64,000 nucleotides of DNA from a virus. Lineage: Duplodnaviria; Caudoviricetes. The stretch is from positions 21,348 through 85,347 of IMG/VR virus record IMGVR_UViG_2911420635_000004; one strand, given 5' to 3'. The notes beneath the pieces were generated by a model. The model did no database searches. It saw only the letters and a list, made by a program, of their open reading frames with translations, and was not told the origin of the DNA. Shown here one piece after another: positions 18,598 to 26,622 of this stretch. Made by a program: the position numbers and the translations under genes. How positions within the stretch are numbered: the first letter of the stretch is position 1; each line of letters starts with the position of its first letter.

Positions 18598-19077
18598 ATG
18601 AAGAACAAGAAATATTACATCGCCTACGGCAGCAACCTGTCGGTGGAGCAGATGGCATACCGGTGTCCGGATGCAAAAATTGCAGGACAGGCGGTGCTGG
18701 CAGGCTGGGAGCTTTTGTTCCGAGGCTGCGCTACCATCGCACCGAACCCGAAGAAGAATACGCCGGTTCTGGTGTGGGAGATCTCGGAAAGGGACGAAGG
18801 AAACCTCGACCTCTATGAGGGCTACCCGAACTACTACCGCAAGGAAGACCTGAACATTGAACTGCTCCGGGAAGAGGCAGAGCCGGAGATGGTGACCGCA
18901 ATGGTCTACATCATGGAGAACGACTTCGGACGCCGCTCACCGAGCCGGTATTACTACAAAGTCCTGCATGACGGCTACAAGGCATTCCACTTCCCGATGC
19001 ACATCCTCGAAGGTGCGCTGAAGGAATGCATGGATAAGGATGCCGCCCAGCGGATGATCGAGGAGGTGCAGGCATGA
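18598..19077 (+). CDS. Gamma-glutamylcyclotransferase-family protein 2
   Basis: YIAYGSNL..NLDLYEGYP. Confidence 0.88.
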   Translation: MKNKKYYIAYGSNLSVEQMAYRCPDAKIAGQAVLAGWELLFRGCATIAPNPKKNTPVLVWEISERDEGNLDLYEGYPNYYRKEDLNIELLREEAEPEMVTAMVYIMENDFGRRSPSRYYYKVLHDGYKAFHFPMHILEGALKECMDKDAAQRMIEEVQA

Positions 19078-19541
19078 ATTTCGCAGATCAGAAAATGGTC
19101 AAGAAGTTGAGAAAAGAGTTCCCGGTCGGATGCCGGATCGTCCTCGATGAGATGGATGACAGGCAGGCACCACCCATCGGAACGCAGGGAACCTGCAACG
19201 GGGTCGATGATGCCGGAAACATCTTAGTGAGCTGGGACACCGGAAGCCATCTGAACGTTGCCTACGGCGCGGACAGTTGCCACCGTGTGGCAACGGATGC
19301 CGAGGTCAAGGTGTCGCTTGACCGCCTTGGTAAAACGCGACAGACCGGCCCACGTTGCCCCAGGTGCGGAGCAAAGCCTGACTGTTACGACCATCAGCAG
19401 CAGGCACTCAGCCGAAGGGCGGACATCCAGATCTGCAACCGCTGCGGAACGGAGGAAGCATTAGAGGACATTGCATGGGGCGGACAGCAGAAGATGCATC
19501 TTGCAGACTGGGCAATCGTGAAAGGGGGCTGGGTCGAATGA
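19074..19541 (+). CDS. DUF4314-like protein with a C-terminal Zn motif
   Basis: FPVGCRIVL..MDDRQAPPIGTQG..VDDAG..VSWDTGS; CPRC..ICNRCG. Confidence 0.75.
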   Translation: MNFADQKMVKKLRKEFPVGCRIVLDEMDDRQAPPIGTQGTCNGVDDAGNILVSWDTGSHLNVAYGADSCHRVATDAEVKVSLDRLGKTRQTGPRCPRCGAKPDCYDHQQQALSRRADIQICNRCGTEEALEDIAWGGQQKMHLADWAIVKGGWVE

Positions 19542-19909
19542 AAGTTCTTCTGATCAAACCGATGGAGCATCCGCAGGTGGTTGACATTGAAAACTCCCTG
19601 AAAGAGTTCTACCGCATCCTCGACTGCGACTGCATCACAGCCACCTACCCGTGGAAAGAACGCGCCGCCCTGGTCACCGATGACAACGGTCTGTTCACCG
19701 AGAAGTCATTCAGCAGATACATCCCGGAGCTGGAGCAGCCCATCAAGGGAAACTTCTTCATCTGCGGACTGGGAGAGGAGGATTTCGCAGAACTGCCCCA
19801 GGACCTGATCCGGAAATTCAAGGAACGCTTCTGGGTGCCGGAGGCATTCGTCAGCATGTTCGGGCAGATGGCAGTCATCCAGATGGATGACGGAACGAAG
19901 CCGGAATAA
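19538..19909 (+). CDS. DUF3846-like protein
   Basis: MKVLLIKPMEHP..NSLKEF..PIKGNFFICG. Confidence 0.7.
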   Translation: MKVLLIKPMEHPQVVDIENSLKEFYRILDCDCITATYPWKERAALVTDDNGLFTEKSFSRYIPELEQPIKGNFFICGLGEEDFAELPQDLIRKFKERFWVPEAFVSMFGQMAVIQMDDGTKPE

Positions 19910-19980
19910 GATACCGCAATCAGAAAAATACCCTCTCGGCCAGAAAAGACCGGGAGGGCTTGGTTTAACAGGAGGAGCCT

Positions 19981-20172
19981 ATGGGACACAGAAAGATGCC
20001 TGCTTATGGCGAGAGGGAACACGGCGGCAGATACGTTCTGGATGAATACGAATGGTCGAGAAACCACTGCAAGGCGGTGACCATCCGCAGATGGAAAAGG
20101 GATCTGAAAAAGAAAGCCAGAGCGCATAACCGCAGGGTGATGCATCAGGCAATACAGGGCGAAGCTGATTAG
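19981..20172 (+). CDS. Small basic hypothetical protein
   Basis: AGGAGGAG RBS, 63 aa, K/R-rich. Confidence 0.6.
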   Translation: MGHRKMPAYGEREHGGRYVLDEYEWSRNHCKAVTIRRWKRDLKKKARAHNRRVMHQAIQGEAD

Positions 20173-20178
20173 ACGGAA

Positions 20179-20213
20179 AATGGGGGCCTCAAAAGAATGA
20201 GAACCCCCTTCCA
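20179..20213 (-). ncRNA. Candidate short antisense RNA 2
   Basis: Follows the minus promoter; hairpin GGGGGT..GCCCCC; homologous to 16493-16527. Confidence 0.4.
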
Positions 20214-20222
20214 GTTTACTGT

Positions 20223-20301
20223 ATATTACCTCTGGAAAGCAACGATAGCAAGGAAAACCGCCGCCATAATGTACACAAACATCTGGCAGCGGTTTTGTGT
20301 A
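20223..20301 (-). promoter_or_regulatory. Cassette promoter with operator
   Basis: TTGCTA(20251)-17-TAATAT on the minus strand; perfect TACACA-N18-TGTGTA at 20272-20301. Confidence 0.7.
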
Positions 20302-20372
20302 TCATACCAGACCAAAACGGAGGATACGAGGCAGAGTCCCAGCTTCTGCTGGGGGGAGCCTTTTGGGATTCC

Positions 20373-20624
20373 TTAGAAGAAATCCCTCATGCTCATGCCG
20401 ACCTCGTTCAGTCGTTCTTCCATGCTGTGGTAGTGCCAATCCTCTTCCTCTTCTTCGGCTTCTTCCTCAAGCTCCTCTGGGAAAGGGTCGTGCCGCCATC
20501 CGGCTTTCTGGTATTCTTCTTCCCGAATGTCGTTGCGGTCGTAAATGTCCAGCTCGTATTCTTCTTCAAGCTCTGTGATGCGGTTTTCGATTGCGGTTTC
20601 AACTTCTGTAATGGTCTTTTTCAT
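20373..20624 (-). CDS. Highly acidic small protein
   Basis: ACGGAGG RBS; EELEEEAEEEEEDW; own promoter. Confidence 0.75.
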   Translation of the reverse strand: MKKTITEVETAIENRITELEEEYELDIYDRNDIREEEYQKAGWRHDPFPEELEEEAEEEEEDWHYHSMEERLNEVGMSMRDFF

Positions 20625-20674
20625 GGTTTTTGTCCTCCGTTTTTGGTTTGGTTTTCTTTGCTTTCGTTGTGTGT

Positions 20675-20802
20675 ATAATGCCGCAGAAACACATATATAG
20701 CAAGTCAATCAGGGGTCATATATGTACCAAACATGAGGGACGAAGATCGTTGATAATATGACGTTTTATGGCCTTGCTATCACAGGGCGGTGACGGTAAT
20801 AT
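20675..20802. promoter_or_regulatory. Divergent cassette promoter pair with a central operator
   Basis: Minus TTGCTA(20703)-17-CATTAT; plus TTGCTA(20774)-17-TAATAT; same 70-bp gap between -35 boxes as at 16536-16663. Confidence 0.72.
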
Positions 20803-20833
20803 ACAGCTACAAAAAGCAAAGGAGGACAACAAA

Positions 20834-21010
20834 ATGGCTGATTGGAGAACATGGAAAAAGGGAAGAAAGACAACATGGCACTGGAACGAATTTGATGGAA
20901 GCGGAAGCCGGGAAGGAATCATCACCGAGGTTCATGAAGACCACGCGATCATGGAAGCAGACGGCATGCACCTCTGGATCGACGATGACACGGCAGAGAT
21001 GTTCAGCTAA
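20834..21010 (+). CDS. Small hypothetical protein
   Basis: AAAGGAGG RBS after a cassette promoter. Confidence 0.75.
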   Translation: MADWRTWKKGRKTTWHWNEFDGSGSREGIITEVHEDHAIMEADGMHLWIDDDTAEMFS

Positions 21011-21051
21011 GAAAAACGGGGAGGGAAACTTCCCCGGATAAACACATAAAT

Positions 21052-21120
21052 CCACCAGTTCAGGGCGCAGATGATTGTGTACTTTAGCCGCTTGATAGTA
21101 TCCGGCAGTGACGGTAATAT
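21052..21120 (+). promoter_or_regulatory. Cassette promoter
   Basis: TGTGTA..TAGCCGC-TTGATA(21092)-N12-GACGG-TAATAT. Confidence 0.75.
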
Positions 21121-21150
21121 ACAGCTACCAAAACGAAAGGGGCAAAGAAC

Positions 21151-21357
21151 ATGGAACGCTACACTTACGAGGTCACCTTTACACGGCTGGATGGACAGCC
21201 GGATGAAATCCAGCAGCACACTAGCGAGGAGCTGGCAAGAGAATGCTTCCGGCTTTTTGATGAGCCGGACAGCGCAGAGATGTACAGCAAAATCGAACTT
21301 AGCCGCCATGACTGGGAGACAGGCATGGATGAAATTCTGGAAACGATGACATTCTGA
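21151..21357 (+). CDS. Small acidic hypothetical protein
   Basis: AAAGGGG RBS after a cassette promoter. Confidence 0.7.
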   Translation: MERYTYEVTFTRLDGQPDEIQQHTSEELARECFRLFDEPDSAEMYSKIELSRHDWETGMDEILETMTF

Positions 21358-21372
21358 GAGGAGAACAAAAAC

Positions 21373-21633
21373 ATGACCTACACAAAAATCAACCTTTACC
21401 TTGCAAACGGAATTCCGGAGGCACTCAGCAACCTCTGGTACGGAAGCGACAGCTCGGTGGTCGAGATCAGGGATGCCGTTGAGGATGCGAAGAACGGCAA
21501 GGACCTTCTGAACCGTATCCAAAAGATGAAGCTCCTTCGGAAATTCACCCTCGACAGGGAGAACGACAAGCGCATCCGCTTCAAGGGAACGGACTGCTGG
21601 GGCAACGTAAGCTACCTTAAAATCATCCGCTAA
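21373..21633 (+). CDS. Small hypothetical protein
   Basis: GAGAGGAG RBS; hairpin follows. Confidence 0.7.
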   Translation: MTYTKINLYLANGIPEALSNLWYGSDSSVVEIRDAVEDAKNGKDLLNRIQKMKLLRKFTLDRENDKRIRFKGTDCWGNVSYLKIIR

Positions 21634-21722
21634 AGGCAAGGCCGACAGGCGCAAGGGGCTGGAAATGACCAGCCTTTTGCTCGTGTCTGTCTTCCGAAAG
21701 CTGGCATGAAAAGCACATGAAT

Positions 21723-21791
21723 ATGACAATTACAGGGCCGAATGATTGTGTAGTTTAGCCGCTTGATAGTGCTCCGAGGTGACGGTAATAT
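21723..21791 (+). promoter_or_regulatory. Cassette promoter
   Basis: ATGACA-N18-TGTGTA; TTGATA(21763)-N12-GACGG-TAATAT. Confidence 0.75.
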
Positions 21792-21835
21792 ACAGTCACC
21801 GAAAGGGGAAAACAACAAAAACGGAGGATACGACA

Positions 21836-22285
21836 ATGACGAAGAATGAAGACCGCATCAATAAACTTTTCAAGGAACTGGTACCGGATACGGGCAAGGC
21901 AGACAGCCTCGCAGGGGAGCTGGTAAGGGCAATGAGCCGCATCGGATACCGCTTTTACAACGACGGCGACCAGCTGGGCATCGGCTACGGCAAGGAAACC
22001 TGCAACCCTGCAGGGCGGTTCCTTGGAGCCAAGGGCAACGACAAAATCGCAAAGCTGACTGCAGATGCCTGGGCAGTCTACAGTGAGGAAGCCTACGAAA
22101 AGGTTCTGGACATCCTTTGCGGAGCGGTTGCCGACTATGTTGAGCAGAACCCAGACCTTAGAAACCAGCCGACCGAAGATATGTGGGATTTCAAGGATGA
22201 GGAAGAAGACCAGGATGACAGCTGGGATGAAGAGGAAGATGACTGGGGCGAAGAGGAAGATTACGAGGACGAAGAAGACTACTAA
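21836..22285 (+). CDS. Hypothetical protein with a very acidic C-terminal tail
   Basis: ACGGAGG RBS; GELVRAMSRIGYRFYNDGD; D/E tail. Confidence 0.78.
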   Translation: MTKNEDRINKLFKELVPDTGKADSLAGELVRAMSRIGYRFYNDGDQLGIGYGKETCNPAGRFLGAKGNDKIAKLTADAWAVYSEEAYEKVLDILCGAVADYVEQNPDLRNQPTEDMWDFKDEEEDQDDSWDEEEDDWGEEEDYEDEEDY

Positions 22286-22342
22286 GCCAGAGAAACACAT
22301 GGGGCTTGCCGGTAACGGTAGCCCTTTTCTTCTGCCGTAATA

Positions 22343-22411
22343 CGCACAGTTCCGGGGGAACATATTTGTGTAGTATAGCCGCTTGATAGTGTGTGACATA
22401 GACGGTAATAT
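22343..22411 (+). promoter_or_regulatory. Cassette promoter
   Basis: CGCACA-N18-TGTGTA; TTGATA(22383)-N12-GACGG-TAATAT. Confidence 0.75.
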
Positions 22412-22455
22412 GCACATACCGAAACGGAAAACCAAGAAAAACGGAGGAAAGCACC

Positions 22456-22647
22456 ATGAAGAAGAACATCACCAAGGAAGAGGAAAAAACCCTGCTGGAG
22501 ATCGCCAAGCGCCTGATGGCAGCGGTGGACAGCCGGGGCGACCTCGAAGCCCGCGACAATGACAGCGAGGACTTCATTGAGGTTCCGGTCTGGGGCATCC
22601 AGAAAGCAATGGAGGAAGCCTACCTGCTGGGACGGATGACCAGATAA
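22456..22647 (+). CDS. DUF6900-like small protein
   Basis: DLEARDNDSEDFIEVPVWGIQKAMEEAY. Confidence 0.7.
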   Translation: MKKNITKEEEKTLLEIAKRLMAAVDSRGDLEARDNDSEDFIEVPVWGIQKAMEEAYLLGRMTR

Positions 22648-22775
22648 ACCGGCAGCCCCCGACACAGCCCCACACAGGGGCTTGTGCCACGGGTGGCAAA
22701 ACGATCCGAAGGAACTGACAACGCCCCACACAGGGGCAGATGTGGCGGCGTGGATGCGCCGGGAAGGAGAAGCAC

Positions 22776-22982
22776 ATGGAAGAACGGATGATGGATACCA
22801 TCGTGGAAATCTACAACCACATGGATGACAGCGATAAGGATGCCTTCACGTTGGAAGATGCCGAGGATATGGTGGAAGACCAGATCAGGATGGATAAGGA
22901 AGCCGGACGGGAATCGCTGGCATATGACCCGCAGTTCTTCTACGATACCATTGTGGAACTCATGGAGCAGGACGAAGAGTGA
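22776..22982 (+). CDS. Small acidic hypothetical protein
   Basis: AAGGAG RBS; D/E-rich. Confidence 0.65.
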   Translation: MEERMMDTIVEIYNHMDDSDKDAFTLEDAEDMVEDQIRMDKEAGRESLAYDPQFFYDTIVELMEQDEE

Positions 22983-23015
22983 TGTACATTCTGCTTGGTA
23001 TTCCGGGCAGAAGAT

Positions 23016-23060
23016 CGTGTACTTTAGCCGCTTGCTATCCTTTGCACCTGACGGTAATAT
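23016..23060 (+). promoter_or_regulatory. Cassette promoter
   Basis: CGTGTA..TAGCCGC-TTGCTA(23032)-N12-GACGG-TAATAT; 33 bp identical to the 16635 copy. Confidence 0.75.
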
Positions 23061-23116
23061 GCACATACCGAAAGGGGAAAGCCCCAAGGAATAACGAAAA
23101 CACGGAGGATTTTACC

Positions 23117-23401
23117 ATGAAAATGCATTTGATTGACTTTCCAGAGGACAACATCAGCATCGAGAGCTTCTACGACCGACTCAGACCTTGCTACGACAGC
23201 ATCATGCAGTTCGGTGACAGGGTTCTGGTTGCCCAGATGAACTGGAACGGCATGCTGGAGGGAGCGGTATACGGCTTTGTGGAAGACCCGGAGGAAGGCT
23301 GGTCACCGATTGAGTGCCGATTGGAGCTTCTGAAGATTTCCGATGAGACCTACACGGATGCCGGTCACGCAATCGAGTGGTGCATCAAGAACGCACACTG
23401 A
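23117..23401 (+). CDS. Small acidic hypothetical protein
   Basis: ACGGAGG RBS. Confidence 0.72.
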   Translation: MKMHLIDFPEDNISIESFYDRLRPCYDSIMQFGDRVLVAQMNWNGMLEGAVYGFVEDPEEGWSPIECRLELLKISDETYTDAGHAIEWCIKNAH

Positions 23402-23407
23402 AAAAGG

Positions 23408-23432
23408 GCAGAGCTCCTTCGGGGGCTTTTGC
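23408..23432 (+). terminator. Hairpin terminator between cassettes
   Basis: GCAGAGCTCC-TTCG-GGGGCTTTTGC. Confidence 0.6.
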
Positions 23433-23473
23433 TCGTAGTGGCGGATTTCTCCGGCGTGTAAATACACATAAAT

Positions 23474-23542
23474 CCGACAAAAAGAGGTGTGTATGATCGT
23501 GCAGCATAGCCGCTTGCTATGTCCGGGCAGTGACGGTAATAT
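23474..23542 (+). promoter_or_regulatory. Cassette promoter
   Basis: CCGACA-N18-CGTGCA; TTGCTA(23514)-N12-GACGG-TAATAT. Confidence 0.75.
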
Positions 23543-23600
23543 ACAGTCACAACGAAGGGAAAAGCCCTACGGAAAACAAAACACACGGAGGATACAGACC

Positions 23601-23978
23601 ATGACGAACAAAGCAAAAATCTACCTCAAGAACATTCAGGAAGCCGACACCGAGAAGAAGCTGATCGGCATCGAGATCGCCTTCAAGCAGGACATGACCC
23701 TCAGCTGCAACGACCTCGGAAGCCTTTGCAGGGCGGCAGAAGACAAGCGGTACAGCCTGCGGAACAACGAGGAAACGTTGAAGCTGAAGCAGATCCTTTT
23801 CTTCCGGACGAAAGCGGAGATGGATGCCTACCACGACATGAGCCGCAAGCCGGAAGACTGGACAGAAGCGGAGATCGAGCAGCAGAGAAGCCGCTTCTGC
23901 AGCGTCTGGCAGGTCATCGAGGAAGCGGAGCTGGTCGATGAGTACGAGGCTTGGAAGGAAGCCAACCCCAACGCATAA
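23601..23978 (+). CDS. Hypothetical protein
   Basis: ACGGAGG RBS; hairpin follows. Confidence 0.72.
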   Translation: MTNKAKIYLKNIQEADTEKKLIGIEIAFKQDMTLSCNDLGSLCRAAEDKRYSLRNNEETLKLKQILFFRTKAEMDAYHDMSRKPEDWTEAEIEQQRSRFCSVWQVIEEAELVDEYEAWKEANPNA

Positions 23979-24169
23979 CAGCACCCAAAAGGTACACGCC
24001 CCGAAAAGGGGCTGTGCCTCGTATCCGATGTGTTTTATATAAAGTTGTCAAAATGGGAAACTATTTACTATTCATACGAAAAAGTTTCTCGTTTGGGAAA
24101 ATGATATTTTAAGGACTTCTTCGGAGGTCCTTTTTCTTTACCCATTTTTACAGAAGGGAGGGGAAGCCA

Positions 24170-24649
24170 ATGGCTACCAGAGGCAGAAAACCAAAGCCGA
24201 CCGCCATGAAGGAGCTGGAAGGCAATCCGGGCAAGCATCCGCTGAACACCAGCGAACCGAAGCCCAACAAGAAAGCACCGGCCTGTCCGAAGTGGCTGGA
24301 GCCGGAAGCAAAGAAAGAGTGGCGTAGACTTGCCAAACAGATGGAAGCCATCGGCATCCTGACCGAAGTGGACATGGCGGCCTTTGCCGGTTACTGTCAG
24401 GCGTATGCCCGATGGAAGGAGGCAGAGGAGTTCATCACCCAGCACGGCACTATCGTCAAGACCCCGTCCGGGTACTGGCAGCAGGTGCCGCAGGTGTCCA
24501 TCGCCCAGACCTATCTGAAGATCATGAACAAGTTTGCAGAGCAGTTCGGTCTGACCCCGTCCTCCCGAAGCCGGATCATTGCTTCGGACGGCGGTCCTGC
24601 GGATGCAGCTGATGAGATGGAGAATCTGCTGGGAGGAGGTGGAAGCTGA
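24170..24649 (+). CDS. Terminase small subunit (P27 family)
   Basis: RGRKPKPTAMKELEGNPGK..FGLTPSSRSRI. Confidence 0.93.
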   Translation: MATRGRKPKPTAMKELEGNPGKHPLNTSEPKPNKKAPACPKWLEPEAKKEWRRLAKQMEAIGILTEVDMAAFAGYCQAYARWKEAEEFITQHGTIVKTPSGYWQQVPQVSIAQTYLKIMNKFAEQFGLTPSSRSRIIASDGGPADAADEMENLLGGGGS

Positions 24650-26274
24650 TGGCAGAGTGCAGACCCCAAAACTATCCGAAACTGAAGGACTACAAACCCA
24701 GCCGGTTCATGCTTCCGACCTGCCATTACGATGCCGCAAAAGCAGACCGGGCAGTGACTTTTATCGAAAACCTGCGTCATACCAAAGGCAAGTGGGCGGG
24801 CAAGCGGTTCTGGCTGCTTCCTTGGCAGGAGCAGATCATCCGGGATGTGTTCGGCATCGTGGATGAAAAGGGAAACCGTCAGTTTCGCACGGCTTATGTC
24901 GAAATAGGTAAGAAGAACGGCAAGTCCGAACTTGCCGCTGCGGTGGCTCTGTATCTGCTTTTTGCCGATAATGAGCCATCTGCCGAAGTCTATGGTGCGG
25001 CGGCTGACCGCCAGCAGGCATCCATTGTTTTTGATGTTGCCCACCAAATGGTGCAGATGACCCCGGCACTTTTGAAACGGTGCAAGATCATGGCAGCCAC
25101 CAAGCGCATCGTGAACTACGGGAACGCAGGATTTTATCAGGTTCTGTCTGCCGAAGTTGGTACGAAGCACGGTCTGAACGTGTCAGGTCTGGTGCTGGAT
25201 GAGGTTCATGCCCAGCCAAACCGAAAACTCTACGATGTCCTTACCAAAGGTTCCGGTGATGCCCGTGAGCAGCCGTTGTTCTTCCTGATCACCACGGCCG
25301 GCACGGACAAGGAGAGCATCTGCTACGAGCTCCACATGAAAGCCCTTGACCTGCTGGCTGGACGTAAGATCGACCACACCTTTTATCCTGTGGTCTATGG
25401 ACTGACAGATGAGGATGACTGGCATGATGAAGCCAACTGGTATAAGGCAAATCCCTCATTGGGGCAGACCATTCAGATCCAGCGTGTCCGGGATGCATAT
25501 CAGGAAGCACTGGATAACCCGGCAGAGGAGAATGTGTTCAAGCAACTTCGTCTGAACATGTGGGTGTCCTCGCTGACCCGGTTTATCCCGGAACACATCT
25601 ATGACCTCGGCAATCAGCCAATCGATATGGAAGCACTTAAAGGCCGTGACTGTTATGGAGGACTGGACTTGTCCAGCACTGGAGACATCACGGCTTTTGT
25701 GCTGATGTTCCCGCCCAGAGTTCCAGAGGAGAAGTACATCATGCTTCCGTTTTTCTGGATACCGGAGGATACGATCCCCCAGCGGGTGCGCAGGGCATCC
25801 GTTCCGTATGATGTCTGGTATCAGCAGGGCTACCTGATGGCGACAGAAGGCAATGTCATCCACTACGGATTTATTGAAAAGGTCATCGAGGAACTAGGCA
25901 AGACCTACCATATTTTAGAGATTGCCTTTGACCGATGGGGAGCCGTGCAGATGACCCAGAACCTTGAGGGGATGGGATTCACAGTCGTTCCTTTCGGTCA
26001 GGGCTTTAAAGATATGAGCCCGCCTACCAAGGAGTTCTACAAGCTCCTGATGGAAGGCAGGATCATCCACGGCGGCAATCCGGTTATGGCATGGATGGCG
26101 GGGAATGTGGTCGTGGATACCGACCCGGCTGGCAACATCAAGCCGACCAAGGCGAAGTCGCCGGAGAAAATCGATGGTATCGTCGCTGCGATCATGGCAC
26201 TGGACCGCTGCATCCGAAATGAAGGTCAGCAGCAGGGAAGCGTCTACGACGAACGTGACATGATCGTTTTTTGA
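24649..26274 (+). CDS. Terminase large subunit
   Basis: EIGKKNGKS Walker A, VLDEVH, GGLDLSS, KIDGIVAAIMA. Confidence 0.95.
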   Translation: MAECRPQNYPKLKDYKPSRFMLPTCHYDAAKADRAVTFIENLRHTKGKWAGKRFWLLPWQEQIIRDVFGIVDEKGNRQFRTAYVEIGKKNGKSELAAAVALYLLFADNEPSAEVYGAAADRQQASIVFDVAHQMVQMTPALLKRCKIMAATKRIVNYGNAGFYQVLSAEVGTKHGLNVSGLVLDEVHAQPNRKLYDVLTKGSGDAREQPLFFLITTAGTDKESICYELHMKALDLLAGRKIDHTFYPVVYGLTDEDDWHDEANWYKANPSLGQTIQIQRVRDAYQEALDNPAEENVFKQLRLNMWVSSLTRFIPEHIYDLGNQPIDMEALKGRDCYGGLDLSSTGDITAFVLMFPPRVPEEKYIMLPFFWIPEDTIPQRVRRASVPYDVWYQQGYLMATEGNVIHYGFIEKVIEELGKTYHILEIAFDRWGAVQMTQNLEGMGFTVVPFGQGFKDMSPPTKEFYKLLMEGRIIHGGNPVMAWMAGNVVVDTDPAGNIKPTKAKSPEKIDGIVAAIMALDRCIRNEGQQQGSVYDERDMIVF

Positions 26275-26298
26275 TATGAAGATTTGGAGGAAAACACA

Positions 26299-26505
26299 AT
26301 GAAGTATCTGATGAGTGCAGAATGGTGGAAGGCAGCCGGCATCCGTGCTGCAAAGACGATGTTCCAGACTGGTGCGGCTCTGGTCGTGACACAGATGCCC
26401 GGCGGCACTGTGGACTGGGTTGCAGTTGGCAGCGCGGCTATTGTGGCAGGTGTTGCGTCCTTTGGTACCAGCCTTGCCGGTCTGCCAGAACTGGAGAAAC
26501 AGTAA
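26299..26505 (+). CDS. Small holin (r1t-like)
   Basis: WWKAAGIRAAKTMFQT, two hydrophobic helices, SLAGLPE end. Confidence 0.75.
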   Translation: MKYLMSAEWWKAAGIRAAKTMFQTGAALVVTQMPGGTVDWVAVGSAAIVAGVASFGTSLAGLPELEKQ

Positions 26506-26517
26506 AAAAGACAAAAG

Positions 26518-26582
26518 AAAAAAGAGCCCGACGCATCAGGCTCTTTCAAGGTGTTGTCCGAAGACGACCACCGCAATTCATA
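26518..26582 (-). ncRNA. Candidate ~65-nt RNA antitoxin downstream of the Abi gene
   Basis: Own promoter; GGTG-GTC-GTC-TTCG-GAC-AA-CACC hairpin followed by terminator AAAGAGCC..GGGCTCTTT-T-tract. Confidence 0.6.
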
Positions 26583-26587
26583 GCTAT

Positions 26588-26616
26588 AATATACCACATG
26601 GGGAGAAATTATGCAA
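26588..26616 (-). promoter_or_regulatory. SigA-like promoter for the small RNA
   Basis: TTGCAT-17-TATATT with TG extension, starting 7 nt after the Abi stop. Confidence 0.7.
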
Positions 26617-26622
26617 GAGGTT

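Noticed and set aside
15138-23542. CRISPR array suggested by the recurring repeat
   Set aside because: Copies are degenerate, spaced 300-4000 bp apart, occur in both orientations and separate whole genes; no cas genes are present
24649-26274. Intein or intron in terminase or primase
   Set aside because: Both ORFs are of normal length with continuous motifs
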